This document shows, in pieces, positions 17,535 through 27,237 of a DNA stretch of 64,000 nt. A program made the position numbers and the translations under genes. Source of the DNA: a virus. Within the stretch, counting starts at the first letter, position 1, and every line of letters begins with the position of its first letter. Location of the stretch: the IMG/VR virus record IMGVR_UViG_3300036985_007703, positions 96,001 through 160,000 of that record; one strand, written 5' to 3'. Under the pieces are notes generated by a model, which ran no database searches, was not told the DNA's origin, and was given only the letters and a program-made list of their open reading frames with translations.

Positions 17535-18461
17535 TTAGAACTTCCGACGCGGCGCAAACGGCGCGATGCGCCTGGTGAAGGCCTCCGCCGCCCCGCCCAG
17601 ATCACTTATACCGAGGGAATCCGCCTCCGGCAACGAATGGCCCGTCCAACGCCCCGTTTCTACATAGCGCACGTAGGCCTTCAGCAGCTTCGGGATGGCC
17701 TTCCCCAGGGCCTCCAGCGCGGGGCGCCAGTGGGCCTTGCCCTCGCCCCCGCCCAGCCCGAACTCGGCCCGCAGGACGGCCCACGCCACGTCCTGGTGCA
17801 CCTCGGCCCCCACGCCCTCGCCCGGCGGCGCCACCTGCGCGTTGATCACCCCCATCGCGCGCAAGCTCGACTCGATGAGGTCGGCCTCGCGCCGGCGCTC
17901 CGCCACGAAGTACGCCACCTCGTCGGGGCGCGCGGCCCGCGCCACGAGCGTCGCATCCTGGGGGTCCGGCCGGATCGGCAGCCAGTCCGGCGGCCACGGG
18001 CTGTACCGCGCCAGCACCTCGACGAAGGGCCGCGCGCCGGGCCGCGGCACCACGAACAGCAGCGTGGTCCCCACCTGCTGCTCCGTGAGCCCCTCGGGCT
18101 GCCCCTCGAAGTACACCGCGACGCCCTCCCCCGCGTCGACGCCCTCCAGCAGGGCGATCTGGAGCTGCTCCGCATAGGGGATCGTCCCGAGGCTCGGCGC
18201 ACGGGCGCGCACCTCCTCGCGCAGCACGTCGGCCAGCGCCAGCAGGAACAGCTCGCGCCCCTTCGCCATGCGCTTGGGGTAGAGCGTGAAGAACCGCTTG
18301 ATGTCCCGCCCCGTCTGGGGGGCCCACCCGAAGACCGGCACCGGCGAGGCCTGCGCGCGCGGGGCGTTCCCCGCCTTGGTCCCCGCCGGGGGGCGGACGC
18401 GCTTCAGGGGGACGTTGCGCCCCTTGAACCGCTGTCCCGTGCCCGTGAACGCCTTGCCCAC
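17535..18461 (-). CDS. putative neck/tail completion protein
   Basis: C-terminal LRAEFGLGG...AHWRPAL resembles the EFGT..P.RP motif of head-tail joining proteins. Confidence 0.5.
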   Translation of the reverse strand: MGKAFTGTGQRFKGRNVPLKRVRPPAGTKAGNAPRAQASPVPVFGWAPQTGRDIKRFFTLYPKRMAKGRELFLLALADVLREEVRARAPSLGTIPYAEQLQIALLEGVDAGEGVAVYFEGQPEGLTEQQVGTTLLFVVPRPGARPFVEVLARYSPWPPDWLPIRPDPQDATLVARAARPDEVAYFVAERRREADLIESSLRAMGVINAQVAPPGEGVGAEVHQDVAWAVLRAEFGLGGGEGKAHWRPALEALGKAIPKLLKAYVRYVETGRWTGHSLPEADSLGISDLGGAAEAFTRRIAPFAPRRKF

Positions 18462-18462
18462 G

Positions 18463-19155
18463 CTAGGCGCCCTGGGCCTGCCCCTGGGGCTTGCGCTTGG
18501 TGGGCACCTGGGCCTGCGCCTTCAGCGCCCGCCGCGTCTCGTGCCCCTTCTTTGCCGCCGCGCTGCGCTTGGCCGCCACCTGCTGCACCGCCAAGGCCTT
18601 GGCCGCCTTCTTCTGCGTGCGCTGCGCGCTGATCAGCTTCGCCGCCATCGTGACGCGGCCCTCGCGCTGCTTCTCGGCCGGCTTCAACCGCTCCATCCCC
18701 ATACGCCGCGAGGCGCCCTTGAGGTGCTGGCGGATGCCCTCCATCATGCTCTGGCGCTTGGTGCGCTTGGGCCGGAAGCCGTAGTGGCGCTTCACCTGGT
18801 TCTTCCAGAAGCGCATGGCCTGCTCGTAGTTCGGCTTGCCCTTGGCCACGATCCGCCCCTCGGTCGCCATGCGCGCCACCGCGCTCCACCAGAAGGCCGC
18901 GGAGTCTGGGAACGGGATCTGCGCGGGGTCGATCAGGTACCACGGCGGCTGCAGGTAGCGCCCGTACTTGGCCTTGGCCTGCTCCATCGTCAGCTTCTCG
19001 GGCCGCGGGTTGCGCGTCGGCATGCGGGGCTGGATCGCGCGCTCCTCCAGCAGGGCCGCAAGGCGCCCCGCCAGCCCCTCGTTGCGTACGCGCATACGCA
19101 GGGGAGAGCCCGTGATCGCCCGCAGGGCCCCCGCGAGTTGCCCCGCCGTCCTCAC
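18463..19155 (-). CDS. basic leader-bearing protein
   Basis: GTG start; RTAGQLAGALRAITG...LAGRLAALLEE/R; Lys/Arg-rich C-terminus. Confidence 0.65.
   Translation of the reverse strand: MRTAGQLAGALRAITGSPLRMRVRNEGLAGRLAALLEERAIQPRMPTRNPRPEKLTMEQAKAKYGRYLQPPWYLIDPAQIPFPDSAAFWWSAVARMATEGRIVAKGKPNYEQAMRFWKNQVKRHYGFRPKRTKRQSMMEGIRQHLKGASRRMGMERLKPAEKQREGRVTMAAKLISAQRTQKKAAKALAVQQVAAKRSAAAKKGHETRRALKAQAQVPTKRKPQGQAQGA
19083..19100. repeat. 18-bp palindromic motif copy 5 (in CDS, encodes RMRVR)
   Basis: TGCGTACGCGCATACGCA. Confidence 0.85.
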
Positions 19156-19526
19156 AACTGCACCGCCGGCATCGGCACGTGCGCGAGGGCCGGGCGGCCG
19201 TCCGCCATCCCCTTGGGCACGTACTGGTGCACGAGGGGCTCGTGCCCCGCGCAGACCCCGATGAGGCCGGGCTGGCCCGCCACGCGGATCCCCGCATGCG
19301 AGGCCGCCCCGCACAGGAAGCAGTAGCCCGCGAGGTGCCCGAGGAGCGGCCCCTTATACCAGGGGTAGGTGCCCCCGCCCCAGGGCCCGCAGCAGGCCTC
19401 CCCGCGCGCCGTGGCCTCGCAGTAGGGGAGGCCGCGCTCGCGCCCCCACCAGTAGCGGTCGCACATCGCGCACGCCCAGACGACGCCCTCCCGGAGCGCC
19501 GCCCCCACGTCCCGCGCCGCGCTCAC
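19152..19526 (-). CDS. Cys-rich (zinc-binding) hypothetical protein
   Basis: CAMC, CE..CC, CFLCG, CAGH; GTGA-coupled to both neighbours. Confidence 0.6.
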   Translation of the reverse strand: MSAARDVGAALREGVVWACAMCDRYWWGRERGLPYCEATARGEACCGPWGGGTYPWYKGPLLGHLAGYCFLCGAASHAGIRVAGQPGLIGVCAGHEPLVHQYVPKGMADGRPALAHVPMPAVQL

Positions 19527-19825
19527 GCGAACCTCGCGCTCACGCGGAACCGCGTGGTGTCCCCGTGCCCCCGCCAGCCCGCCATCTCCACGTAGGCCTG
19601 CACGCGGTAGTCCCCGGCCTGATCCCAGTCCCCCGCCTGCACGAAGTAGGCGATGCTCGTGGTGCCCTCCAGGGCCCCCACCCACGTCACCAGCGTGCCG
19701 TCCGGCTTCTGCACGTGCAGCTCGCGCGTGGTCGCCGCCGTGATGTCCACGCAGGCGTCCACGACGATCTTCGTGCCGATGTCGCCGACGTAATACTTCG
19801 AGATGCCATCGCAACAGTCAGCCAT
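19523..19825 (-). CDS. BppU-N/Ig-like virion structural protein
   Basis: YVGDIGT, VQKPDGT, YFVQAGDWDQAGDYRVQAYV. Confidence 0.6.
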   Translation of the reverse strand: MADCCDGISKYYVGDIGTKIVVDACVDITAATTRELHVQKPDGTLVTWVGALEGTTSIAYFVQAGDWDQAGDYRVQAYVEMAGWRGHGDTTRFRVSARFA

Positions 19826-20006
19826 CGGCCGGATCCTCCTCTAGCCCGAGCTTCGAGCACATCGCCAGCGTGCGCGCCACGCACCCCACCAGCGCCAGCC
19901 CCGGCGCCGCGGGCCCCCGCAGCGCCACCAGCGTAGCGCAGGGCGAGCACGCGGCCAAGGTTTGCGCCACGCACGAGGTCAGGCACAGGCGGTCCTCGTC
20001 AGCCAT
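19818..20006 (-). CDS. small Cys-rich hypothetical protein
   Basis: 62 aa, coupled to neighbours. Confidence 0.45.
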   Translation of the reverse strand: MADEDRLCLTSCVAQTLAACSPCATLVALRGPAAPGLALVGCVARTLAMCSKLGLEEDPADG

Positions 20007-20007
20007 C

Positions 20008-20172
20008 CTAGCAGTCCTCCGTCCGCTTGGGCGCGCTGATCAGGCCCAAGCGCAGCGCGATCCGCGAGCACAGGCGCACGATCTCCCGCAGGTGCCCCAC
20101 CCAGGCCCCCGCGTAGCCCTGCGTCGCCATCAAGCTCTTGGGCCCGAGCCCGCGCGTCACGATGCGGTTCAC
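20008..20172 (-). CDS. small hypothetical protein
   Basis: GTG start overlapping the upstream stop; NRIVTRGLG...ATQGY. Confidence 0.5.
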   Translation of the reverse strand: MNRIVTRGLGPKSLMATQGYAGAWVGHLREIVRLCSRIALRLGLISAPKRTEDC

Positions 20173-20642
20173 GCGGGCACCCGCTCGAAGACGTTCTCCA
20201 TCGTGGGGAGCCCCGCCTGGTCCTTCAAATCGAACGTCAAGATCGGCGTGGTGTCGTCCGCCCCGTAGAAGATCATCTGGTCGCCGATGATGCGCCAGCG
20301 CCCCGTCTCCACCTGCCGCACGAGCGCGAGGTCCGCCTGGAGCGCGAGGTCGTGCACCGTCACGTCCTCGACCACCACGCACAGCACGCCATTGGCGTCG
20401 ACGAGCTGGTACTCCGCCACGTACTGCTCCACGGGGAGCGCCGGGGGGAGCCACACGAGGCGCCACGTGCTCGATGCCCCCACCTGCGCGAGGTCCGTCA
20501 GGGGGAGGTCCTCGACCTCGCCGCCCCCCGCCACGTGGTATACGCGCACCGCGGCCCCCGCCACGTCGAGCTTGGGCGTCCCGTCCAGGTCCACCGCGAG
20601 CACCTGGAGCACCACCTGCGCCGGGTTCGGCCGTAGCAGCAT
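20169..20642 (-). CDS. hypothetical virion protein
   Basis: VETGRWRI...QMIFYGADDTTPILTFDLKD; GGAGG RBS. Confidence 0.65.
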   Translation of the reverse strand: MLLRPNPAQVVLQVLAVDLDGTPKLDVAGAAVRVYHVAGGGEVEDLPLTDLAQVGASSTWRLVWLPPALPVEQYVAEYQLVDANGVLCVVVEDVTVHDLALQADLALVRQVETGRWRIIGDQMIFYGADDTTPILTFDLKDQAGLPTMENVFERVPA

Positions 20643-20651
20643 CCCGCCTCC

Positions 20652-21134
20652 TCAGCGCGTCAGCGCCAGCCCCGTGACGATCGCCCCGAGCACCACGGCG
20701 GCCCCCGCCGCGACGCCCGCAAGGATGCCCATGCGCTTGGCCCGCGCGCGCTCCGCCTCCGTCTTCCCCAGCGCCTCGCGCGCCCGCTCCTCCGCCAGCG
20801 CCTCGCGCGCGAGGGCCGCGTCCGTGGCGCCCTTCTGCACCTCTGCCTGCGCCTCGTTCAGCGCGGTCCGCGCCACCTGCGTGGCGTACAACGTCTCCGC
20901 ACGGGCCGCCCAGTCGAGCAAGGCGCGGTAGTCGAGCACGATGTGCCCGAGGTCCCGCCACTCATCGAGCGTGAAGCACTTCTGGTCCGCGCTACCGATG
21001 TGGCAGATCGCCCCCGGCGGGAGCGCGCGCTCCACCATCGGCCGCGGGGGCAGCTCCTCCGCCCACGCCGGCATGCTCACGGCCATACAGCACAGCATCC
21101 ACAGCCCCAAGGCTCGTCGCGCCATCAATCGCAT
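20652..21134 (-). CDS. secreted/membrane coiled-coil protein, spanin-like candidate
   Basis: Signal peptide (…MPAWA/EE), coiled coil, C-terminal TM; overlaps the upstream membrane gene by about 140 nt. Confidence 0.55.
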   Translation of the reverse strand: MRLMARRALGLWMLCCMAVSMPAWAEELPPRPMVERALPPGAICHIGSADQKCFTLDEWRDLGHIVLDYRALLDWAARAETLYATQVARTALNEAQAEVQKGATDAALAREALAEERAREALGKTEAERARAKRMGILAGVAAGAAVVLGAIVTGLALTR

Positions 21135-21396
21135 CGTGTCCTCCCTGCGTGTCCGCCGCCACCGCCGCGCCCCCCGCCCGCGTCGCCGCGTCCGCGGCGT
21201 CCAGCGCCCCCTCCGCGACCTTGATCGGCCCCAGGGCCGGCGTGGGGTCGGGTAGGGGCCCCGGCGCGGGCTGAGGTGCCACGGGCACCTTGGTGCGCCG
21301 CACGCGCACCGCGATCAGGATGCCCATCACCAGCCCCATGACTGCCGAGGTGAGCACCTGCCAGTGGTCCTTCGCCCAATCCCATACCGCGCTCAT
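20992..21396 (-). CDS. N-anchored membrane protein, i-spanin-like candidate
   Basis: MSAVWDWAKDHWQVLTSAVMGLVMGILIAV TM, then a Pro-rich linker and Ala-rich helix. Confidence 0.55.
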   Translation of the reverse strand: MSAVWDWAKDHWQVLTSAVMGLVMGILIAVRVRRTKVPVAPQPAPGPLPDPTPALGPIKVAEGALDAADAATRAGGAAVAADTQGGHDAIDGATSLGAVDAVLYGREHAGVGGGAAPAADGGARAPAGGDLPHR

Positions 21397-21755
21397 GCGT
21401 GTCTCTTTCTGGGGGGGATCGGCCCGGTCTGCCCCACGTTCCCCCGCCTGCGTAGCAGCCACCAGATCGCGAGCCCCCCGAGGGTGTTGGCGATCATGTC
21501 GCGCCAGCTCGCCCCGTACCGGAAGCACCCGTCCCAGAGGACCTCCCAGAGCCCCATCATCGCGGCCCACGCCACGAGAGGCCCCCACCACTTGCCAAGC
21601 CAGCGGCTCAGCAGCCAACCGAGGAAGAACACGATGAGGAAGTGCATCAGCTTGTCGGGCAGCGCCACGTTCCACGCCTCTGGGAGCCCCAGCTCGTCGA
21701 GCCGCAGCATCTCCCACCAATAGTCCTCCCCCTCCCAGCGAAATTGCATCGTCAC
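21393..21755 (-). CDS. VanZ-like membrane protein
   Basis: DKLMHF...GLWEVL...ASWRDMIANTLG matches the VanZ-family pattern. Confidence 0.65.
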   Translation of the reverse strand: MTMQFRWEGEDYWWEMLRLDELGLPEAWNVALPDKLMHFLIVFFLGWLLSRWLGKWWGPLVAWAAMMGLWEVLWDGCFRYGASWRDMIANTLGGLAIWWLLRRRGNVGQTGPIPPRKRHA

Positions 21756-22258
21756 GCCTCCTTGCCCATCGCCTCAAAGTCCGCCCCGTGCGCGCGACAG
21801 AAATCCCGGATGTCCTCGGGAGTCGTCAGCTCGGGCGGCAACTCCCCCTCCACCGCCACCCCGGCCGCCCGCAGGAAGATCGCGATCAGCTCGGAGCACT
21901 TCACCGACGAGGTCTGCCACCGGATCCGCGTCACCTTCACGCGGAACCACTCCTTGAGCATGAGCGCCCACGCGATCACGAGGAGGCCCTCGTAGTCGTA
22001 GCGCGCCCCCATCTCGTCGGAGATCGCCGCGAGCCCCGCCCGCGCCCCAAACTTGCACCGATACTCCGCCACGACGTGGTGCCGCGCCCGGATCGACGGC
22101 ACCATGCGCACGCCCCCGATGCGCGCCTCCGCCACCATGCGGCGCCCCCACACCGGGAACTCGATCATGCAGTGCGAGACCGGGCTACGGGTGATCCACC
22201 GGATCACCGCACCCAGCGGCGTCTTGGAGGCAGTCAGCACGATGCGCACGTCGTCCAT
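21752..22258 (-). CDS. permuted papain-like NlpC/P60 (YiiX/YaeF-like) enzyme
   Basis: IRWITRSPVSH, GARYDY, CSELIA, TPED: His precedes Cys. Confidence 0.75.
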   Translation of the reverse strand: MDDVRIVLTASKTPLGAVIRWITRSPVSHCMIEFPVWGRRMVAEARIGGVRMVPSIRARHHVVAEYRCKFGARAGLAAISDEMGARYDYEGLLVIAWALMLKEWFRVKVTRIRWQTSSVKCSELIAIFLRAAGVAVEGELPPELTTPEDIRDFCRAHGADFEAMGKEA

Positions 22259-22266
22259 GCCACTCC

Positions 22267-23214
22267 CTAGTTAAGCGCGTTGGCCCGCGCCCGGTAGAGC
22301 GTCGCCGCCACCTGGATCAGCTTCGCGCTTGTGTTGTGCAACGTCACCTTGAACCGCCAGTGCGCGAGCACGCGGATCGGCTTCACGGCGGGCACGATCA
22401 GGGGGTAGTGGTCCGTTCCGAGCAGCGGCAACTTGGTGACGAACTCGTTGAGGGCCACATCCGCATCGAAGAGGTGATACCCCCCCGTGCCCGCCGCGTT
22501 GAGCGTCACGGCCTCGGTCACGGGATCCCAGTCAAAGTAGCCGTGCCCCCCCGGCGCGGGCACCGGCCGCACCTTAGTGAACGCCACGTTCGCGTTCTCC
22601 TTGGCGGTCAAATCGAGGTCCCAGTTGCCCGTCCCTGGGGTCGCCGGGACGAACACATGCGCCCCGCCCCCCACCGCCACCTTGTTGTAATTGCCCGCCC
22701 CCAGATGCTCCGTCCCCGCCGTTGCAGGGCAGTACACCGTGAGCGAAACATGATCGCCGAGCGCGAACCCCGTGTGGCCGAGGTGCCCGCCCGCGAGGTA
22801 CGACCACTGCACGAACTGGAACTCCTGCACGTCGGCCCCCTGGGCGTCCGCCTCGAACGCCAACAGCTCCGTGCCGATGGTCCCTGCCGCCACGTCATCG
22901 CTGGCCCCGCAGAAGTTCGTCAGCACGCCGAGCGGGAAGAGGTTGGGCGCCGTGTACTTGCGCCCGTCCACGTCCTGGGGCTCCACGAGCGCCGCCAACG
23001 GCACCCCGCTGTGCGCCGCCACCAACGCGGCCAGCACGCCGACTTCCCCCTCGCTGAGCGTCGCCTTGAACCACAGATCGCAGGCATCTCCCGCGGTGTC
23101 GATCCGCGCTAACGCCACCGTGATCGCGCTGGTCCCCACCTCTTGGGCAAGCCGATCGGGCGCCACGCAGTGATTAAGGAAATCGCCTGAAATAGAAAAC
23201 TCGTACTTCTGCAT
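22267..23214 (-). CDS. hypothetical virion structural protein
   Basis: 315 aa beta-rich ORF in the structural block. Confidence 0.65.
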   Translation of the reverse strand: MQKYEFSISGDFLNHCVAPDRLAQEVGTSAITVALARIDTAGDACDLWFKATLSEGEVGVLAALVAAHSGVPLAALVEPQDVDGRKYTAPNLFPLGVLTNFCGASDDVAAGTIGTELLAFEADAQGADVQEFQFVQWSYLAGGHLGHTGFALGDHVSLTVYCPATAGTEHLGAGNYNKVAVGGGAHVFVPATPGTGNWDLDLTAKENANVAFTKVRPVPAPGGHGYFDWDPVTEAVTLNAAGTGGYHLFDADVALNEFVTKLPLLGTDHYPLIVPAVKPIRVLAHWRFKVTLHNTSAKLIQVAATLYRARANALN

Positions 23215-23245
23215 GAATACGCTCCCTCTGCCCCACCGGAACCGA

Positions 23246-23878
23246 TCAGATCTTGCGATCTTCCACCAACAGCGACCCGTGATAGATCGCTGGATTCGTC
23301 ACCGCCGAGATGCGCGCCGTCCCGCCCGTGGTCTTCCACTGGATCTTCACCGTGTGCGAAGCCGCCGTCGCACTACGCCGCAACACAATCGACCCCGACT
23401 GGAGCTGTCCCGTTGTGACACGCATCTGGATGCCCCGCTGCACCGCCCCATCAATCAACACCTGGAAGGCGATGTCCTGGAGCGCCGAGGCATCCGCACC
23501 TACCGAGAACCAGATGTGCAGGTATCCCGCTGTCGCCACCGTCAACGTCACGCTGAGCGCCGTCAAATCTACGAACGACGTGGAAGTCGTCGTGACATCC
23601 GTCGTTACCTCGGCGAACCCCACCTGCCGGATCTCCGGCGCCGCGAGGTGGGCGTCGATCTGGGCGTGCGTGTTCGTCCCCCGATCGGCGATGTTCAGAT
23701 GCGAGAGCTGATCCGATGCCCCCTGGGAGTGGCTCGCCGCATGCGCCGTCGCCAGCGTCTCCTCGGTCCCGTCGTCCTTCTTCGAGTACCAGACGCCATC
23801 CAGCTTGGGATAGAGCTTCTGGAACCCCGTCGAAGGCGTGGCGTGCGTGTCGCTCTTGCTGATATTCAACTCACCCAT
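23246..23878 (-). CDS. fibre/decoration-like protein
   Basis: HAASH and THAQIDAH fibre motifs; C-terminal beta-sandwich (TTSTSFVDL...HTVKIQWK). Confidence 0.6.
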   Translation of the reverse strand: MGELNISKSDTHATPSTGFQKLYPKLDGVWYSKKDDGTEETLATAHAASHSQGASDQLSHLNIADRGTNTHAQIDAHLAAPEIRQVGFAEVTTDVTTTSTSFVDLTALSVTLTVATAGYLHIWFSVGADASALQDIAFQVLIDGAVQRGIQMRVTTGQLQSGSIVLRRSATAASHTVKIQWKTTGGTARISAVTNPAIYHGSLLVEDRKI

Positions 23879-23889
23879 CGTGCCGCCTC

Positions 23890-24270
23890 CTACAGGATGA
23901 ACACGCGCCCCTCGACGCGTAGTTCCCCCTCCAACGTCAACTGATCCGCGATGATGAACTGATACGGAATCCGCACCCACGCCACTTCATCCGCATAGAC
24001 CCACTCGCGCATGTAGGCGAGCCCCGTCCCCCCGTGCGCCAGCTCCTTGAGCGTCATGGGCTCGGGCACCGCCACGTCCTGGAACGTCAGGTTGTCGTCC
24101 GCATCCCGCGTGACGAGCACCTGGGCATCGTTCGAGATGTCGCTCTGGATCGCCACGCCCCGGCAATCGAGGAAGTCCTCGTGCACGTCGATCTCGGACG
24201 GCGACAGATCCGTCTCTGTCCCCCCGTGGGTCGGATCCTCCCACTTCAGCGCCTGTGTACGATCTACCAT
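23890..24270 (-). CDS. hypothetical virion protein
   Basis: 126 aa; C-terminal LTLEGELRVEGRVFIL. Confidence 0.6.
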   Translation of the reverse strand: MVDRTQALKWEDPTHGGTETDLSPSEIDVHEDFLDCRGVAIQSDISNDAQVLVTRDADDNLTFQDVAVPEPMTLKELAHGGTGLAYMREWVYADEVAWVRIPYQFIIADQLTLEGELRVEGRVFIL

Positions 24271-24309
24271 AGGCCCAGCCTATCACCGGGCGGGGATCAA
24301 CTCCAAGGT

Positions 24310-25194
24310 TCAGGCGAGGGATGATGTCGACTCATCCGCGATGTGCTGGTGCGTGCGACGGTTGATGACGTTATAAATAGTCACCGTCGTCACCCCAAAG
24401 ATTTGCGCCAACTCGACCACGGAATGGGAATCGCAAAGTCTAGCTTTTCGGATAAACAGAACATCCCCGTCATCAAAAATTGAATTTCTCGCTCTAAATT
24501 TAACGACCATGTCCCGTGCATTGTCCACGTGCGTTCCCAAAAACAGATGTTCTGGGTTCACACACGCCGGATTGTCACACCGATGCAGGACGTTCTGTCC
24601 CTCTAGGATCGCCCCGTGATGGATCTCCCAAGACACACGGTGTGCCATCACCTTCTCCTTGTGCGCCACATCGTAGATCCGCCCATACGTCACCCCCTCC
24701 ACCGCCCCCTTCCATAGCCAACACCCATCCGTCTTCTCCACATACTTCCAAAACCGCTCCTCTATCGGCACCGGCACCGGGCCATTACGCGACCCCATCC
24801 TAATCTTGGATGCCTGTGTCTTCTGAATACGCTCCTCAGACTGCCTAACCCCCGTGTTCCAGTGCCGATCCCCACTGTAGGTCCGATGCTCCTCGTAGAT
24901 CCCCTGACGCCGCAACTGCGACACAATGCGCCGCTGTGTGGTCCCAAAGTGCTCCGCCAACAATTGCGGAGATCCCCCCGCTTGATACACTGCCGCCAAC
25001 TCCTTGGCATCCACCTCCTGCTCACGCGCAACAAGCAACTGTGCCTCCCCTCGTGACCGCACTGGGATCCCCACCTTGGCCAACCGAGCCCGTATTGTGT
25101 TTGGCTTCAACCCCACCTCGTTGGCAATCTCCACCGAGGTCTTCTTTTCCACCACATACCGCATCCACAAAAACTCACGCGTCAACTCCAGCAT
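24310..25194 (-). mobile_element. free-standing HNH homing endonuclease with N-terminal HTH/NUMOD-like DNA-binding repeats
   Basis: ERFWKYV..TDGCWLWKG, AHRVSW, VLHRCDNPACVNPEHLFLGTHVDN; visibly lower GC than its flanks. Confidence 0.9.
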
Positions 25195-25268
25195 CGCTTC
25201 CTCCTTGGGTTCGTTGCCGGATCCGCCGTATCAATTTTTGTGTGTAAAGTAAAGGCTGGATTTAAACC

Positions 25269-26666
25269 TTACGCCAATTTTCGCCCATAATCCGCGATGG
25301 CCACGTCGAGGTCCGTCGCGTTCTTGGCGTAGCCCACGCGGATGACCTGCCCCGGCTTGGGCACGTTCGCGTAGGTCACGAGGGCGCCCGTGGTGCCGAG
25401 GTAGTAGGGCTCGCCCACGGTCGCGCCGGTCAGGCAGCCCGTGCACACGCCGCTCTTCACGACCTCGGAGGTGCCGGGGTTCGCCGCGCCGCCCGTGCGG
25501 GCCACGCCGATCGCGCGCCCGTGCGGGGCCGTGTCGTTGTCGGCGACGGCGATCTCGTTATTGGTGCCCGCCCAGCGGACCACCTTGCCCGTCGCCACGA
25601 CCTCGGTGTTGAGGTGCGTGTCCTCGACGCGCTTCGCCTCGTCGACCGCCGTCACGGAGTGCGTGTGCAAGGCATCCGCGTTCGAGCTGCTGCCCGCCGT
25701 GAGGGTGCCGAGGTTGGTCGCCGTCACGTTCGCCGACACCGCGCTGTCGTTGATCTTGAACAGCGAGGGGAGACCCACGACTCGGAGGCCATCGCCGTCC
25801 ACGTCGAGGGTGTCCGGCGTGTCGTCGATCTTGACCGAGACACCCGCTGCGACCACTTGCAGGCCGCCCAACGGCGCCGCGAGCACCGACACGACCTTCG
25901 TCGGCGAGGTACCCGTAAGCTGGAGGCCCGGATCGGTCCCGAGCGCCAAGCTGATCGCATCCGACGCAATCGCGATACCGTCACCCGCGCCCACGCCGAT
26001 GAGGTTGCCGTCCTTGTAGAGGCCGGGCCCCGCGTTGATCTGGCCCGCACCGGAGAACTGGACCCACGTCGTGTTATTGTAGGTCCACGCGGTATCCGCC
26101 CACATCCCCGCATCGCCGTTGATGAGCGCGGCCCACCCGTCCGTGGGCACCTCGAACGACCATGTGTTCAACGTGGCATTATAGGTCGCGATCTGGTTGG
26201 CCTTCGCACTGAAGGACCCCGTGGCGCCCGACGCCTTCACGATCACGCGCGTCCCGTTGGCGGGCTCGCCCGCCGTGTTCACCTGCACGATGGTCCACGC
26301 GGTGCCCGACCACTCCACGATGTCGCCATCGGTGTAACCCACGCCCCACGTGTTCACCACATAGCAGTCACCCTTTGTCGGCGTAGCTGGTGGGGCTCCA
26401 GATGGCGTGGGAACCGCATCGCTGACCATATTGAGGACGAGGGCAGGCGCCCGCCACGTGAGCCCGCTGACCGCGTTGTCGAGGTACTGCTTGGTCACCG
26501 CGTCCTGCGGATTGTCAGGATTCCCCAGACCCGTGATCTTGTGGGTGGCCATGGCGATGTTGCCGCCCATGGTGAGGCCGAACAGCGTCATGGTGTCGGA
26601 GAGGGTGTCCTGCTCCTCGTGGTAGCCGTAGGTCGGGTTGAAGAAGATGAATTTACGCTCGGTCAT
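25269..26666 (-). CDS. head/tail fibre or decoration protein
   Basis: KITGLGNPDNPQDAVTKQYLD fibre motif, WVQFSGAGQINAG, and a C-terminal capsid-cement-like domain. Confidence 0.7.
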   Translation of the reverse strand: MTERKFIFFNPTYGYHEEQDTLSDTMTLFGLTMGGNIAMATHKITGLGNPDNPQDAVTKQYLDNAVSGLTWRAPALVLNMVSDAVPTPSGAPPATPTKGDCYVVNTWGVGYTDGDIVEWSGTAWTIVQVNTAGEPANGTRVIVKASGATGSFSAKANQIATYNATLNTWSFEVPTDGWAALINGDAGMWADTAWTYNNTTWVQFSGAGQINAGPGLYKDGNLIGVGAGDGIAIASDAISLALGTDPGLQLTGTSPTKVVSVLAAPLGGLQVVAAGVSVKIDDTPDTLDVDGDGLRVVGLPSLFKINDSAVSANVTATNLGTLTAGSSSNADALHTHSVTAVDEAKRVEDTHLNTEVVATGKVVRWAGTNNEIAVADNDTAPHGRAIGVARTGGAANPGTSEVVKSGVCTGCLTGATVGEPYYLGTTGALVTYANVPKPGQVIRVGYAKNATDLDVAIADYGRKLA

Positions 26667-26720
26667 CGTGATCCTCCTGGGTTGGCCCGTCGCACGCGGC
26701 GTGGGCCTCTAGCGCCGGCC

Positions 26721-27200
26721 TCAGCCGACGAGCGTGCCCTCTACCGTGATCATCACGCGCGCCGTCGCGGTGGTGTCCGCACTGGTCACCGTGCCGTGCA
26801 GCGTCGCGTTGCCCGCGATAGCCGGCATGACGCCGCTCACCGGCGCCAGGGGCAGGCTCTTGCCCGCCGCCGTGACGCCCGTCAGCGCCGTCGCCGCGAG
26901 GAGGTCCACCCCGCTGACCGTGGTGCCCACGGAGACCTCGGCATCGCCCGTCCCCGCGGTCAGGCCCGTGGCCACGATGCGGCTCGGCACGAACTTGCGC
27001 GTGCCCTCGCCCTTGAGGGTGAGCGTGAAGGCCCCGGTGCCGCCCGTGAGGACGCTGGCCGCGACGGCCGCGACCTCGATGGCCATCTTGCCGCCCACGC
27101 TGGGGACCTCGAACAGCAGCTTCTCCGCCGCCGCCGTGGGGTCCGCGTCGTCGCTGAAGTGGTGCGTCGGGTTGAAGAAATTAAACTGCTTGTCTGGCAT
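26721..27200 (-). CDS. virion decoration-like protein sharing an N-terminal F-x-FFNPT motif with 25269-26666
   Basis: MPDKQFNFFNPTHH versus MTERKFIFFNPTYG. Confidence 0.65.
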   Translation of the reverse strand: MPDKQFNFFNPTHHFSDDADPTAAAEKLLFEVPSVGGKMAIEVAAVAASVLTGGTGAFTLTLKGEGTRKFVPSRIVATGLTAGTGDAEVSVGTTVSGVDLLAATALTGVTAAGKSLPLAPVSGVMPAIAGNATLHGTVTSADTTATARVMITVEGTLVG

Positions 27201-27237
27201 GGATGCCTCCTTCGCCCCCGACGCCCGCGACGCCGGG

